From an uncultured Eubacteriales bacterium (lineage in GTDB: Bacteria; Bacillota; Clostridia; Christensenellales; CAG-138), in NCBI GenBank assembly GCA_900544555.1, contig UQWD01000003.1, forward strand, positions 66,519 to 130,518: a DNA stretch of 64,000 bases, in the 5' to 3' direction. The notes beneath the pieces were generated by a model, which was not told the DNA's origin, searched no databases, and was given only the letters and a program-made list of their open reading frames with translations. Below, in pieces: positions 47,078 to 56,370 of the stretch. The stretch's first letter is position 1; each line of letters begins with the position of its first letter. The position numbers and the translations under genes are program-made.

Positions 47078-47997
47078 GCGGGACGATTACGGAGATTACC
47101 GGCGTTAAAATAGGTCATTTTACGGACTCGGCGGCAGGCACCGGCTGCACGGTTGTTTTATTAGAGAACGGGGCGGCGGCGGGCGTGGACGTTCGGGGCG
47201 CGGCCCCTGGTACGCGGGAGACGGATCTCCTTCGCGGCTACAACGCGGTGGACCGCATACAGGCCGTATTGCTCACAGGCGGCAGCGCCTATGGCTTGGA
47301 CGCGGCCGGCGGCGTGATGCGCTATCTTGAGGAAAGAGGGCTTGGAACCGATGTGGGCGTAGGCGTGGTGCCGATTGTTCCAGCCGCCGTCATATTTGAT
47401 CTCGCATATGGCAGCGCGGCGGTAAGGCCGCGCGCTGCGGAGGGCTATGAGGCCTGTTTAAACGCTAGCCGCGAAGGCGTTCGCTGGGGCAGCGTCGGCG
47501 CGGGTACGGGCGCGACGTTCGGCAAGGCGTTTGGCCTGGAATATATGGATAAAGGCGGGGTAGGCACTAGCTGTATTACGCTTGACGGGGGCGTTAAGGT
47601 TGGAGCGGTAGCGGTGGTTAACGCGCTGGGAAATGTTTACGACCCTCAAACCGGCAGGATTCTGGGCGGGGCCAGCCGGAACGGCGAGTACCTGTCCTTA
47701 ATGGATGGCGAGTCTGAAATGCGGGTCAGCCCCGCGTTCGGCAACACGACAATAGGGGTTGTGGCGACAAACGCCGCGCTGAGCCGGGAGCAGGCCAATA
47801 AGCTGGCGTCTATGGCGCACGACGGCCTGGCCATGACTATACGGCCGGTACATACCGCTTTGGACGGCGATACGTTTTTTGCCGTATCAACAGGGGAAAT
47901 TAGGGGGGCTGAGTTTATGCCCGTCATGGTCGCGGCGGTTAACGCCGCGGCGGGTGCGGTGATACACGCCGTACGCGCGGCACGCGGGGAAGGATAA
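47074..47997 (+). CDS. P1/S58 family peptidase (DmpA-like aminopeptidase)
   Basis: GVKIGHFTD..GTGCTVVL and the GNTTIGVVATNA autoprocessing motif. Confidence 0.8.
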   Translation: MSGTITEITGVKIGHFTDSAAGTGCTVVLLENGAAAGVDVRGAAPGTRETDLLRGYNAVDRIQAVLLTGGSAYGLDAAGGVMRYLEERGLGTDVGVGVVPIVPAAVIFDLAYGSAAVRPRAAEGYEACLNASREGVRWGSVGAGTGATFGKAFGLEYMDKGGVGTSCITLDGGVKVGAVAVVNALGNVYDPQTGRILGGASRNGEYLSLMDGESEMRVSPAFGNTTIGVVATNAALSREQANKLASMAHDGLAMTIRPVHTALDGDTFFAVSTGEIRGAEFMPVMVAAVNAAAGAVIHAVRAARGEG

Positions 47998-48002
47998 CAT
48001 CA

Positions 48003-49310
48003 ATGATTATCGGAACGGGGATCGACCTTATCGAAGTATCCCGCATTGAGAGGGCGGTGAAGAAAGAGGCTTTTTTAAAGCGGGTTTTCACGGATAAGGA
48101 GCGCGAGGGCTTTAAGGCCGCAGGGCACGATATACTCAGGATTGCCGGATGTTTTGCCGCTAAGGAGGCGGTTTCCAAGGCGCTGGGCACGGGCTTTGGC
48201 TTGGTAGGGCTTAGGGATATTGAAATACTGCATGAAAGCTCGGGAAAGCCAACAGCGAACTTATACGGCAGCGCGCTAAAGCGGCTAAAGGATATCAACG
48301 GCGGGTCGGTGCATATTTCCATAACGCATATAAAAAGCTATGCGGCGGCCATTGCCGTTATTAATTTGGGGCTTGGGGATGAGAATACGGATTTGGCGGA
48401 ATTGGGGGCCGCTATGAAAACAGAGCTTGAGGAGGAGGCGCATGTGCTGGAGCGTGAAGATGTTCTGCGCTGGCTGCCTAAACGAGCGCGCGATACGCAT
48501 AAAGGCAGCTATGGCCGCGCCCTTGCGATAGCGGGAAGCGATAATTATATCGGCGCGGCGATTATGTGTTCGGCGGCGGCGCTTAGAGCGGGCTGCGGCC
48601 TGCTTAAAACCGGCTGCTTAAAATGCGTTCGGGAACCGCTTGCCGCCCGACTGCCGGAGGCCATGCCGGTTGTGCTTGGGGAGTACGGCTGGTCGGGCTT
48701 TGACAAGAACGCGCTGTTAAACTGTGTTGAATGGGCCGACGCCGTGGCCGCGGGTCCGGGCCTGGGCGCCGGCGACGGCGTGGAAGAGGTCATCCGGGCC
48801 GTGCTGTTGAGCGGAAAGCCCTGTGTTATTGACGCGGACGGATTAAACGCGGTTTCGAGGAGCAAAAAGCTCAAGGGGCTTTTGCATATGGGCTGCGTCA
48901 TCACGCCCCACCCGGGAGAGATGGCCAGGCTTTGCGATCTTGACGTAAAAGACGTTTTAGCCGATCCGCTTACAGTTGCGAAGAACTTTTCCAGTGAATT
49001 TGGGTGCGTTGTGTTGCTGAAAGGGGCGTATAGTTATATCGCGCCGCCCTGCGGGCGGCCGGCAAAAAACGAGACGGGCAACGCGGGGCTTGCAAAGGGA
49101 GGGAGCGGCGATGTGCTCACAGGCTTTATCCTCGCTTTTTTATGTCAGGGGCTGGATGCTTTTAAGGCGGCGTGCGCGGGCTCTTACATGCTTGGAGCGT
49201 CTGCGGATGAAGCGTTGAAGCTCTTAGGTAACAGGATGCTGCTCGCTACGGATACGGCCGACGCGATTGCCGGGCTGCTCTTTCATGGCGGAGGTACGGC
49301 GCTTTTGTAA
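48003..49310 (+). CDS. acpS: Fusion protein: holo-ACP synthase (AcpS) + ADP-dependent NAD(P)H-hydrate dehydratase (YjeF_C)
   Basis: Residues 1-~120, MIIGTGIDLIEVSRIE..FAAKEAVSKALGTG..HISITH, are AcpS. The rest, KGSYGRALAIAGSDNYIGAAIM...GGSGDVLTG, is YjeF C-terminal. It is a single uninterrupted frame. Confidence 0.8.
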   Translation: MIIGTGIDLIEVSRIERAVKKEAFLKRVFTDKEREGFKAAGHDILRIAGCFAAKEAVSKALGTGFGLVGLRDIEILHESSGKPTANLYGSALKRLKDINGGSVHISITHIKSYAAAIAVINLGLGDENTDLAELGAAMKTELEEEAHVLEREDVLRWLPKRARDTHKGSYGRALAIAGSDNYIGAAIMCSAAALRAGCGLLKTGCLKCVREPLAARLPEAMPVVLGEYGWSGFDKNALLNCVEWADAVAAGPGLGAGDGVEEVIRAVLLSGKPCVIDADGLNAVSRSKKLKGLLHMGCVITPHPGEMARLCDLDVKDVLADPLTVAKNFSSEFGCVVLLKGAYSYIAPPCGRPAKNETGNAGLAKGGSGDVLTGFILAFLCQGLDAFKAACAGSYMLGASADEALKLLGNRMLLATDTADAIAGLLFHGGGTALL

Positions 49311-49390
49311 ATAAAACGTAAATGCGCTTGAGAGATGCTATTATCAATGGTACAATATATGCCAATGTGATGGGATAACATGGAGGAATC

Positions 49391-49936
49391 GTGCGGATCA
49401 TCGCCGGGGCTGCCAAGGGCAGAACGATACAAGCCCCAAAGGGGCTGGATACGCGGCCTACGCTTGACCGTGTGAAAGAAGCTATGTTCGGGGCCGTCCA
49501 GTTCAGGATAGCGGGCGCGCGGGTATTGGATTTATTCGCCGGGTCCGGGAACCTAGGGCTGGAGGCGCTGTCGCGCGGGGCTATTTTTGCGGTATTGAAT
49601 GATAGATCAAGAACATGCTGCAAACTGATTGAGCAAAACGGGGATAAGCTCGGGTTCGGCGATAGAATGCGCGCGCTATGCCTTGATTATTCACGGGCGG
49701 CGGACACTCTCACAGGGAACGAGTTTGATTTGGTGTTTCTCGATCCGCCATATAAAGCAGGTCTGTATACCGGCGCGCTGGCGGCGCTAAGGCGCAACCG
49801 GCTGCTCGTGCCGGGCGCTCTAGTGATTCTAGAGCATAGCTGCGGCGAAGCGACGCCGTTACCGGATACGTTTCGGATATTTCGTGAAACGAGGCGATAT
49901 GGCGAGGCGGCGATAACCATACTGGAGGGAGAATAG
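49391..49936 (+). CDS. rsmD: 16S rRNA (guanine966-N2)-methyltransferase RsmD
   Basis: MRIIAGAAKGR..RPTLDRVKEAMF..DLFAGSG..DPPY motifs. GTG start. Confidence 0.85.
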   Translation: MRIIAGAAKGRTIQAPKGLDTRPTLDRVKEAMFGAVQFRIAGARVLDLFAGSGNLGLEALSRGAIFAVLNDRSRTCCKLIEQNGDKLGFGDRMRALCLDYSRAADTLTGNEFDLVFLDPPYKAGLYTGALAALRRNRLLVPGALVILEHSCGEATPLPDTFRIFRETRRYGEAAITILEGE

Positions 49937-49938
49937 GC

Positions 49939-50433
49939 ATGGCAGATATCGGCGTATATCCCGGCACGTTTGATCCTTTTACCGCCGGGCATCTGGACGT
50001 AGTCCGGCGCGCTTCACGCTTATTTGATAAAATATTTATTGCGGTACTTAATAACACCGCAAAAAAGCCTTTTTTCAGCGCGGACGAGCGCGTAGCGCAA
50101 ATAACGGCGGCGATTGAGGCCGCCGGAATCACGAACGCGTCGGCCGACGCGTATTCGGGTATAACCGTTGATTATGCCGCGTCAAAAGGGGCCGCGTTCC
50201 TGATCAGGGGTGTGCGCGGGGTAATGGATTTTGACTATGAGCGGCAGTTGGAGTCGTTAAACCGCCGTTTGCGGCCTGAAATTGAAACAGTCTTTCTTTT
50301 CGCAAGGCCGGAGAACGCGGGCATAACCTCCACAGCGGTACGTGAAATCGCCTCCTTGGGTGGATGTATTGAAGGGCTTGTCCCTGATATAAATAAAATA
50401 ATAATCGCAGAAAGGTTGTACGGCGATGAGTAA
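49939..50433 (+). CDS. coaD: Phosphopantetheine adenylyltransferase
   Basis: GVYPGTFDPFTAGHLDV and ISSTAVRE-like motifs. Confidence 0.9.
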   Translation: MADIGVYPGTFDPFTAGHLDVVRRASRLFDKIFIAVLNNTAKKPFFSADERVAQITAAIEAAGITNASADAYSGITVDYAASKGAAFLIRGVRGVMDFDYERQLESLNRRLRPEIETVFLFARPENAGITSTAVREIASLGGCIEGLVPDINKIIIAERLYGDE

Positions 50434-51283
50434 TAATGATACGGCGATGCAGATATTCGACATCATCTCCCAGATTGAGGAGGCTATTGAAAACAGCCCC
50501 AGGCCCAAATTAGGCGGTTCGCAGAATAAGCGTACAGTGGATGTGGACGAGCTTTTTGACCTTTTGGGCGATTTAAAGGTGACGATTCCTGATGATATCC
50601 GAAGAGCCAACAGCATTATGGTAGAAGCGAACTCCATGATAGAAAACGCGGAGGATCACGCGAGAGAGATTGTCGAGGCGGCTGAACACAGGGCGGAAGC
50701 GCTTCTTAAAGACGCGCATGTAAAAGGCGAGAAAATGCGTCGTCAGGCAGAATCCGAGTTTGAAAAGCGCGTTAATGAAAACGATATTTATCTGGAGGCG
50801 CAGACACGGGCAAAGCTGCTGGCCAGAAAAGCCGAGCACAACGCCGCGCTGGTGTTTGAAAACGCGCGCCAGTATGCGGACGAGGTATTAGCGGATTTGG
50901 AGCGGTTCCTGAGCGAGTACCAGCATCTTGTTGTGGTAAACAGAGAGGATCTGGGCGCACAGGCACAATCGGATAAGGCGCCCCCTGTTGTTGAACGCGG
51001 GGCTGACCCCCGAGCGGATAATACGGCCGTTCGGGATAGAACGGCGTTTGTTGAAGAAGAAGAGTATGAGAGCGGATCCGCCGATGAACCGGAGGAAAAA
51101 GGCTCAGGCTCATCGTTATTGAACTGGTTTAAGCGCATTGGCGGGAAGAGCGAGCTTCCTGACGATGACGATTTTGACGACGAGGAATTTCTTGATGATG
51201 AGGATTCTCAATTAAAACCAAAGCGGCCCGGCCGGTTCAAGTCAAAGACCGCCGAGCAGGGCGGCGAGGGTGAAGGCGCATAA
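50426..51283 (+). CDS. Coiled-coil protein with acidic C-terminal tail (ATPase b/E-subunit-like annotation class)
   Basis: A long E/A/R/K helical region followed by a DDDDFDDEEFLDDED tail. It overlaps the end of coaD. Confidence 0.55.
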   Translation: MSNNDTAMQIFDIISQIEEAIENSPRPKLGGSQNKRTVDVDELFDLLGDLKVTIPDDIRRANSIMVEANSMIENAEDHAREIVEAAEHRAEALLKDAHVKGEKMRRQAESEFEKRVNENDIYLEAQTRAKLLARKAEHNAALVFENARQYADEVLADLERFLSEYQHLVVVNREDLGAQAQSDKAPPVVERGADPRADNTAVRDRTAFVEEEEYESGSADEPEEKGSGSSLLNWFKRIGGKSELPDDDDFDDEEFLDDEDSQLKPKRPGRFKSKTAEQGGEGEGA

Positions 51284-51297
51284 TCATGGGTAATTAT

Positions 51298-51333
51298 TGG
51301 CCGGGCGGTACATAGATTGCCCGGCCATCTTTG
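51298..51333 (+). terminator. Intrinsic terminator
   Basis: TGGCCGGGC / GCCCGGCCA stem followed by TCTTT. Confidence 0.6.
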
Positions 51334-51658
51334 CGTTCGTCTAAGTATCGTTGTGTTTAATATCTTCATATTCGCGCATTTTACAGGTAGCGAATATGCC
51401 GGCGGGGGAGCGCGGGACTATAAGCCTAATCGGGCTGCCTAAGCGTATTTTGAGGCGGCGGGGATTACCCCTTTTCCAGATATAAATCTTTATTGACTTT
51501 GGTTACCGGCTTGAGCATTTTTGCGGGGCCGGTAAGCATTTTGATTTCGTTCGCGAGTACACGCGAATGAACCCAAAACAACCACGGGTATTATCCGCAA
51601 ATGAAAAGCAAGAACGTTAAAAGGAGGCAAACCGCGCCGCTCTCCGCGCTTTTCAGTA

Positions 51659-52234
51659 TTAGTATAATTGAGGTTGAACGCGTTCGGCGCACAAAGCCTT
51701 TTCAACCGCGGGGATAAGCAAATCAAAATCCGCAATAAGAGACGTCGGCTTGCCGTTGCAGTCATCCTGCCCGAAGGGAACGAAATAAACGTTCCGCACG
51801 CACATCAGCCCGCCGATATTGCGCGCGTTCATCGCAAGCCCATCGTTTGTGGCTGGCGCGAGCAAAAGCGGCCTCCCGTTCCTTAAGTGCGATTTGCAGG
51901 CCATTGTCACCGGCGTATCGACGATGCCGTTATACAGCTTAGCCAACGTATTTCCCGTACATGGCATTACAATCATCAGGTCGAGCAGCTTACGCGGCCC
52001 AATGGGCTCGGCTTCGGGGATAGAGCTTATAACGCTTCGCCCGCATATGCTTTCTATGCGCGCGATAAAATCCTTTGCGCGCCCGAATCGCGTATCCATT
52101 TCCGCCACGGCATGGGATATGACGGGTATAACCGAACAGCCGGTCGCGGCGAGTTTTTCCAATTGCCCAACAGCCTCGCTCAGCGTACAGAACGATCCGG
52201 TTAGGCCAAAGCCAATTACTTTACCTTTTAGCAT
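51659..52234 (-). CDS. dpaB: Dipicolinate synthase subunit B
   Basis: Flavoprotein fold: KVIGFGLTGSFCT...PCTGNTLAKL..LLAPATNDGL. Confidence 0.9.
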   Translation of the reverse strand: MLKGKVIGFGLTGSFCTLSEAVGQLEKLAATGCSVIPVISHAVAEMDTRFGRAKDFIARIESICGRSVISSIPEAEPIGPRKLLDLMIVMPCTGNTLAKLYNGIVDTPVTMACKSHLRNGRPLLLAPATNDGLAMNARNIGGLMCVRNVYFVPFGQDDCNGKPTSLIADFDLLIPAVEKALCAERVQPQLY

Positions 52235-52250
52235 ATCCTATATTCCCCTT

Positions 52251-52985
52251 TCATGATAAGCCGTCCGGCGCGAGCCGGATTATGGCTTCAAGCATAAATT
52301 GCGCCGCGCTGTACGGGGCAGCCTTAGCCGGGAGCCCGGGAGCGAGTATAACGCGATGGCCCAGTTCCTCCGCAAGCTGAGAATCAAAACCATACGGTGG
52401 TGAAGACAGCTCGATTATGAGCGAATTTTCGGCTAACGCCTCCAGTACGGGGCGCCCGATAATCTGGGCGGGTACGGTATTGATAAGCACGGAGCAGCGC
52501 CTGAATTGATCAGCCATGCCGTTCACGCTGCTTACGCTAAGCCCCAAAGCCCACGCGCGGCTGACGGGATTGCGCGCGGCGACATGCACCTTTGCTCCGA
52601 GAAGAAACAACATGTTGGCCAACAACTTCCCTATGCGGCCAAAGCCGACGATAGCAATACGTTGCCCGCGGATGATTCGCGGGGTGTTTGCCAGTATAAG
52701 CTCAAGCGCGCCCTCCGCGGTAGGGACGGCGTTATGCACCGAAAAAGCCTCGTCTGCGGCGAGGTTTATGTATTTAACGCCGCGTTCATGTGCGCGCTCA
52801 AAAATTTGCTCAGCCATTTGACCGCCTATTAGGATAGACCCCGGGGCAAGGCTGTTAATATAGCCTAAGAGCGCATCCGGCTTTTCCGCTGGCGATACAA
52901 TAAGGCATGCCGGCCCGATGGGTATATCACGCAGCGCTTTGGGCGTATACCCTTTCTCGGTTAACAGGCCGCTTAAATACTTCAT
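52251..52985 (-). CDS. dpaA: Dipicolinate synthase subunit A (probable N-terminal extension to ATT 53018 / ATC 53021)
   Basis: NAVPTAEGA..IAIVGFGRIGK..LAPGLP motifs. The frame stays open upstream (IILCLIKESDSR) to a perfect GGAGG at 53032-53028. Confidence 0.85.
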   Translation of the reverse strand: MKYLSGLLTEKGYTPKALRDIPIGPACLIVSPAEKPDALLGYINSLAPGSILIGGQMAEQIFERAHERGVKYINLAADEAFSVHNAVPTAEGALELILANTPRIIRGQRIAIVGFGRIGKLLANMLFLLGAKVHVAARNPVSRAWALGLSVSSVNGMADQFRRCSVLINTVPAQIIGRPVLEALAENSLIIELSSPPYGFDSQLAEELGHRVILAPGLPAKAAPYSAAQFMLEAIIRLAPDGLS

Positions 52986-53146
52986 GCGCGAATCGCTTTC
53001 TTTAATGAGACAAAGAATGATTGAACACCTCCAAAAAGCTCGAAATCAATATATTATATGTGGCGAAATTATCCTCATGCACGTTCACAATCACGCCATG
53101 GGATCATACGTATAAAAGTAGAAAATTAAGGGGCGGTGAAAGGCGT

Positions 53147-54202
53147 ATGGACATTACACGGCGTTTTTTTGCGGGAAGCAATACGGCTTACGGTTTTCAG
53201 GGTTATTTTGACAGTATTATCAACATTGCGGATGTGGAACGGGTTTATATTCTTAAAGGCGGGCCGGGGGTTGGTAAAAGCGGGCTTATGAAGCGCATAG
53301 GCCAATACGCGAAGGAGCTTGGATATGAGCTGGTTTACTATCATTGTTCGAGCGATCCTGACAGCCTGGACGCGCTGACGATACCCGCGCTGAAAATCGC
53401 ATTGATGGATGGTACGGCACCGCATACCGTTGACCCGCGTTTTCCCGGCGCCGTTGATGAAATAATTAACCTTGGCGAATTTTTAAGCACGCCCGCTCTA
53501 ATTGGGCGGCGTGAGGAAATTTTTGACGTACAAACCCGAATAAGCGGTCGTTTTAATCGCGCGTACTGCTATACGCTAGCCGCCGAGAGTATGAGGACGG
53601 CGGCGAGCCTTGACTTAAGATGGAATACGGCAAAGACAAATCAATTACTGATGCAGATGTTTGAGGAACTTAACGCGTACGGCAGCGCCGCGGAACCCTT
53701 TGGTCGGGTCAAAGATCTGTACCTGTCTGCGATAACGCCGGATGGGATTGTCGACTTTACGAGTGATGCGGTAAGGAAAACCGTCTGGAGAGTACTGGCG
53801 CCATGGTATGCGGATATTACAAGCTGGTTAGACCGATACTGCGAGGTGGCCATTATGCAGGGAATGGATGTTATGCGCTGCCACGATCCGCTCAACCCCA
53901 AAAGGCTATCGCACCTCATTGTTGATAGTTCGCTTATGATTACGACTTCAACCAAGTCGGGTATCGCCGAGTTTGATGCGGATTGGGAAACGGATCTGTA
54001 TCCTTATATCATACAGGGAGATTCTGAAAAAGGCCGCGATGACAAGGCGGCGTATGATTCGCTGCTCGCCGGAGCGGTAGAATCTCTTGCCGAAGCAAAA
54101 CGCTTGCATGATGAGCTTGAACGACCTTATGCTGAGGCGATGAACTTCAAAGAAGTTGACGCTGTGCGTGAGAAATTAAAACATCAGATATTTCATAGGT
54201 AA
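53147..54202 (+). CDS. P-loop NTPase of unknown function
   Basis: ILKGGPGVGKSG Walker A, 351 aa from ATG 53147. The track start at 53021 would overlap the dpaA promoter region. Confidence 0.65.
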   Translation: MDITRRFFAGSNTAYGFQGYFDSIINIADVERVYILKGGPGVGKSGLMKRIGQYAKELGYELVYYHCSSDPDSLDALTIPALKIALMDGTAPHTVDPRFPGAVDEIINLGEFLSTPALIGRREEIFDVQTRISGRFNRAYCYTLAAESMRTAASLDLRWNTAKTNQLLMQMFEELNAYGSAAEPFGRVKDLYLSAITPDGIVDFTSDAVRKTVWRVLAPWYADITSWLDRYCEVAIMQGMDVMRCHDPLNPKRLSHLIVDSSLMITTSTKSGIAEFDADWETDLYPYIIQGDSEKGRDDKAAYDSLLAGAVESLAEAKRLHDELERPYAEAMNFKEVDAVREKLKHQIFHR

Positions 54203-54364
54203 AAGTAAAGTACAATTTAAAACCGTATGGAGCGTGCGGGCGGGGCCGAGCCCGCGCGCTGAACCGGCGGCTTACCTGCAACCTAGGCGCTAGTTATCTA
54301 AAAAATTATGATTATTCCGTGCTTTATATGGCGTTGAGAAAGTCATGCGCGTTTCTCCCATCGT

Positions 54365-55285
54365 TTACGATATGGATACCTGAGATACTTTGGAGGTACA
54401 CGCTTTCCTCTCCGAAACAATCATGTTATCTTTCGGCCAGCCAATCAGCATAGGTGAAGCCGGATCGTGCCGATTAAAATTATTGTGCGCCGTCAATCGG
54501 TTTTTAGTTGCATAACAATATTTGCAGCCATTGAGGCAAGTACCATAAGCTCCGACATCCACGCTTTCAATGCAGCCGCATTCATGGCGCTGCCCTTTAT
54601 CCTTATTTGAATTTAAGGAACAGCCGATTATCCGCTCTATTCGATTCTTATCAATACAGGAAGCCCGCTTAATGCCAAACTGCTGTAAATCTAATTTTTC
54701 GGAGCAGGTTGCAAGCTTTAAGCGGTGTTTTTTTGCTATTTCCGAAAAAGCTTTTCCGATGGCTTGCATTTGTTCAATACGAATATCCTGTACGATATTG
54801 CGAATATGAGAGTAGCTGTCAACGAAGCTAAAGATGCACTCGTCTACGTTTTTAATTTTCTCACACAGAGAATCAAATTGTTCAATATGATATTGCACCG
54901 AATATGTTTTGTCAAGTATAATCGGATCGTATCGCCATACAAGGCGATGTTTACCAGCCTTTTCAGATAACCTAAAAAACGAATCGAGCCGTTTTTCTAG
55001 TGAAGGCAGATTGCTCTCGCATACTTTTCCATAAGGGGTAAGCGTATACTGAAAATAGTAGTTGTAGCCTAAATCTGTAACGATATTAAGGTCATTAAGC
55101 ATGGGCGCAGGGTTTTTCGTCCAAAACACAATGCAATCCGTTATATCAGGCGATAACCGCAGTTTTGATACACGCAGCGCGTTGTATGGATTTTGAACGA
55201 GTACATAGCCAGCAAGCAATCTATTGACAAACCATTTTCCATAATAGGATGGAATATCAGTGCGGCGGCTCGCGCTTATTATCAT
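54365..55285 (-). CDS. DUF1848 domain protein (C-terminal Cys cluster)
   Basis: The N-terminus MIISASRRTDIPSYYGKWF is typical of DUF1848. C-terminal cluster: CGCIESVDVGAYGTCLNGCKYCYA. Confidence 0.75.
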   Translation of the reverse strand: MIISASRRTDIPSYYGKWFVNRLLAGYVLVQNPYNALRVSKLRLSPDITDCIVFWTKNPAPMLNDLNIVTDLGYNYYFQYTLTPYGKVCESNLPSLEKRLDSFFRLSEKAGKHRLVWRYDPIILDKTYSVQYHIEQFDSLCEKIKNVDECIFSFVDSYSHIRNIVQDIRIEQMQAIGKAFSEIAKKHRLKLATCSEKLDLQQFGIKRASCIDKNRIERIIGCSLNSNKDKGQRHECGCIESVDVGAYGTCLNGCKYCYATKNRLTAHNNFNRHDPASPMLIGWPKDNMIVSERKACTSKVSQVSIS

Positions 55286-55559
55286 TATCCGTCCCCTCCC
55301 ATAAAACTATTTTATCGCAATAAAAATTTTATTTGATTCTGTTCATTGTATCCCAAAATTAAAATCCTTTCCACAGCTATGCGAACAAGCCTGGGGTGCT
55401 TGCGCAGAGGATAGCTAGGTATTAGGCGCAGGGCAGAACTTATTGTTTTAGCGAAATCTAGATGGATATTTTTAATCCGAAAACAAAAAAAGGGCCTTTT
55501 TATATCTAGAAATGTTGAAGCATCACCGATAAACAAGCATCAAGCCTACTATGAAGCTA

Positions 55560-55830
55560 CGCCACGGGGAAGTTAACGGAAAACCACTTTTCCTGTCTGC
55601 TGACAGGCTACGACACTTAACCCAAACGCTTGACGGGGAAATCGAATGGCTACAAGCTAAGATTGACCGGTAGAACACCGAACCGACAGCTTAAGGGCTG
55701 ACAAGTTTATTGAACTTGTGAAGCGCCACACCGAGTTTACAGGGTTTTACGCTTCCCTTTTAATTGAGTTTGTGGAAAAGGAAATCGTCCATGAAGCCAT
55801 AGAATGGCGGAGTGAGGGAGCGGGAAGTTA
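55560..55830 (+). pseudogene. Decayed 3' fragment of a large serine recombinase gene
   Basis: Three-frame fragments: GEIEWLQAKIDR*, then DKFIELVKRHTEFTGFYASLLIEFVEKEIVHEA... This resembles the conserved C-terminal FxELVxKYTxxxELTxxLLxEFVxKIxVHE of large serine recombinases. Multiple stops and frameshifts are present. Confidence 0.6.
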
Positions 55831-55833
55831 AAT

Positions 55834-55926
55834 TCATCTTTTATTTTTTCTTTTGAATCCATAATATATAGCTATGCCGGCACATATTATCGCCGCTCCT
55901 ATCGCTATCCACAAAGCTAAACTCAT
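55834..55926 (-). CDS. 30-aa hydrophobic peptide with basic C-terminus (type I toxin-like / small membrane protein)
   Basis: GGAGGG SD 7 nt upstream of ATG 55926. It encodes MSLALWIAIGAAIICAGIAIYYGFKRKNKR. A TATAAT box lies ~85 nt upstream. It is below the track cut-off. Confidence 0.5.
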   Translation of the reverse strand: MSLALWIAIGAAIICAGIAIYYGFKRKNKR

Positions 55927-56148
55927 TGATATTCCCTCCTAACAAAAAATCCCGATTTGTTGATTAAGCTTTTTCGACAAAGGTGAATTGAATAATCACA
56001 TTATACTGCATTTAACCGTTTCAAACAATGTCAAGTGATCTTTTCTCTATCCGTTCCACCTATCCAGCCCGTCAATGGACGATCACAAATGACGTGAAAA
56101 AATCTCCACCTTTAGAACCATTGACTAGCAGGATTTTTGCCGTGGCAT

Positions 56149-56370
56149 TTCGCCGTTGAAAACGGGGAACAGGATAAAAAATCCTATCGCCCGTTTCCGT
56201 CCGCTTCATTTTCGGCAAAACCGGCTCCACTGGTGCGGCGGCAATTATTTGGTTTGACGGTGGGTCCGCCCCCGCACCCCCGGCCTAGCCCAAAGAACAG
56301 AATTAAGGGCAAAGCGTGACAATCAGATGCAGACACTTAGAATTTTTACGCAGCCGTCAAACCCGCATGG
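56149..56370. repeat. Unclassified conserved structured noncoding element, copy 2 of 2
   Basis: Homologous blocks shared with 32419-32628. This copy also has an 11-bp inverted repeat AAGCGTGACAA (56312-56322) / TTGTCACGCTT (~56381-56391), followed by TTGTTTTTT. Confidence 0.5.

Noticed and set aside
53021-53146. Track start of the P-loop NTPase ORF at 53021
   Set aside because: The extension has no SD and overlaps the SD/start and promoter region of the divergent dpaA gene. ATG 53147 gives MDITRRFF with an upstream purine-rich SD.
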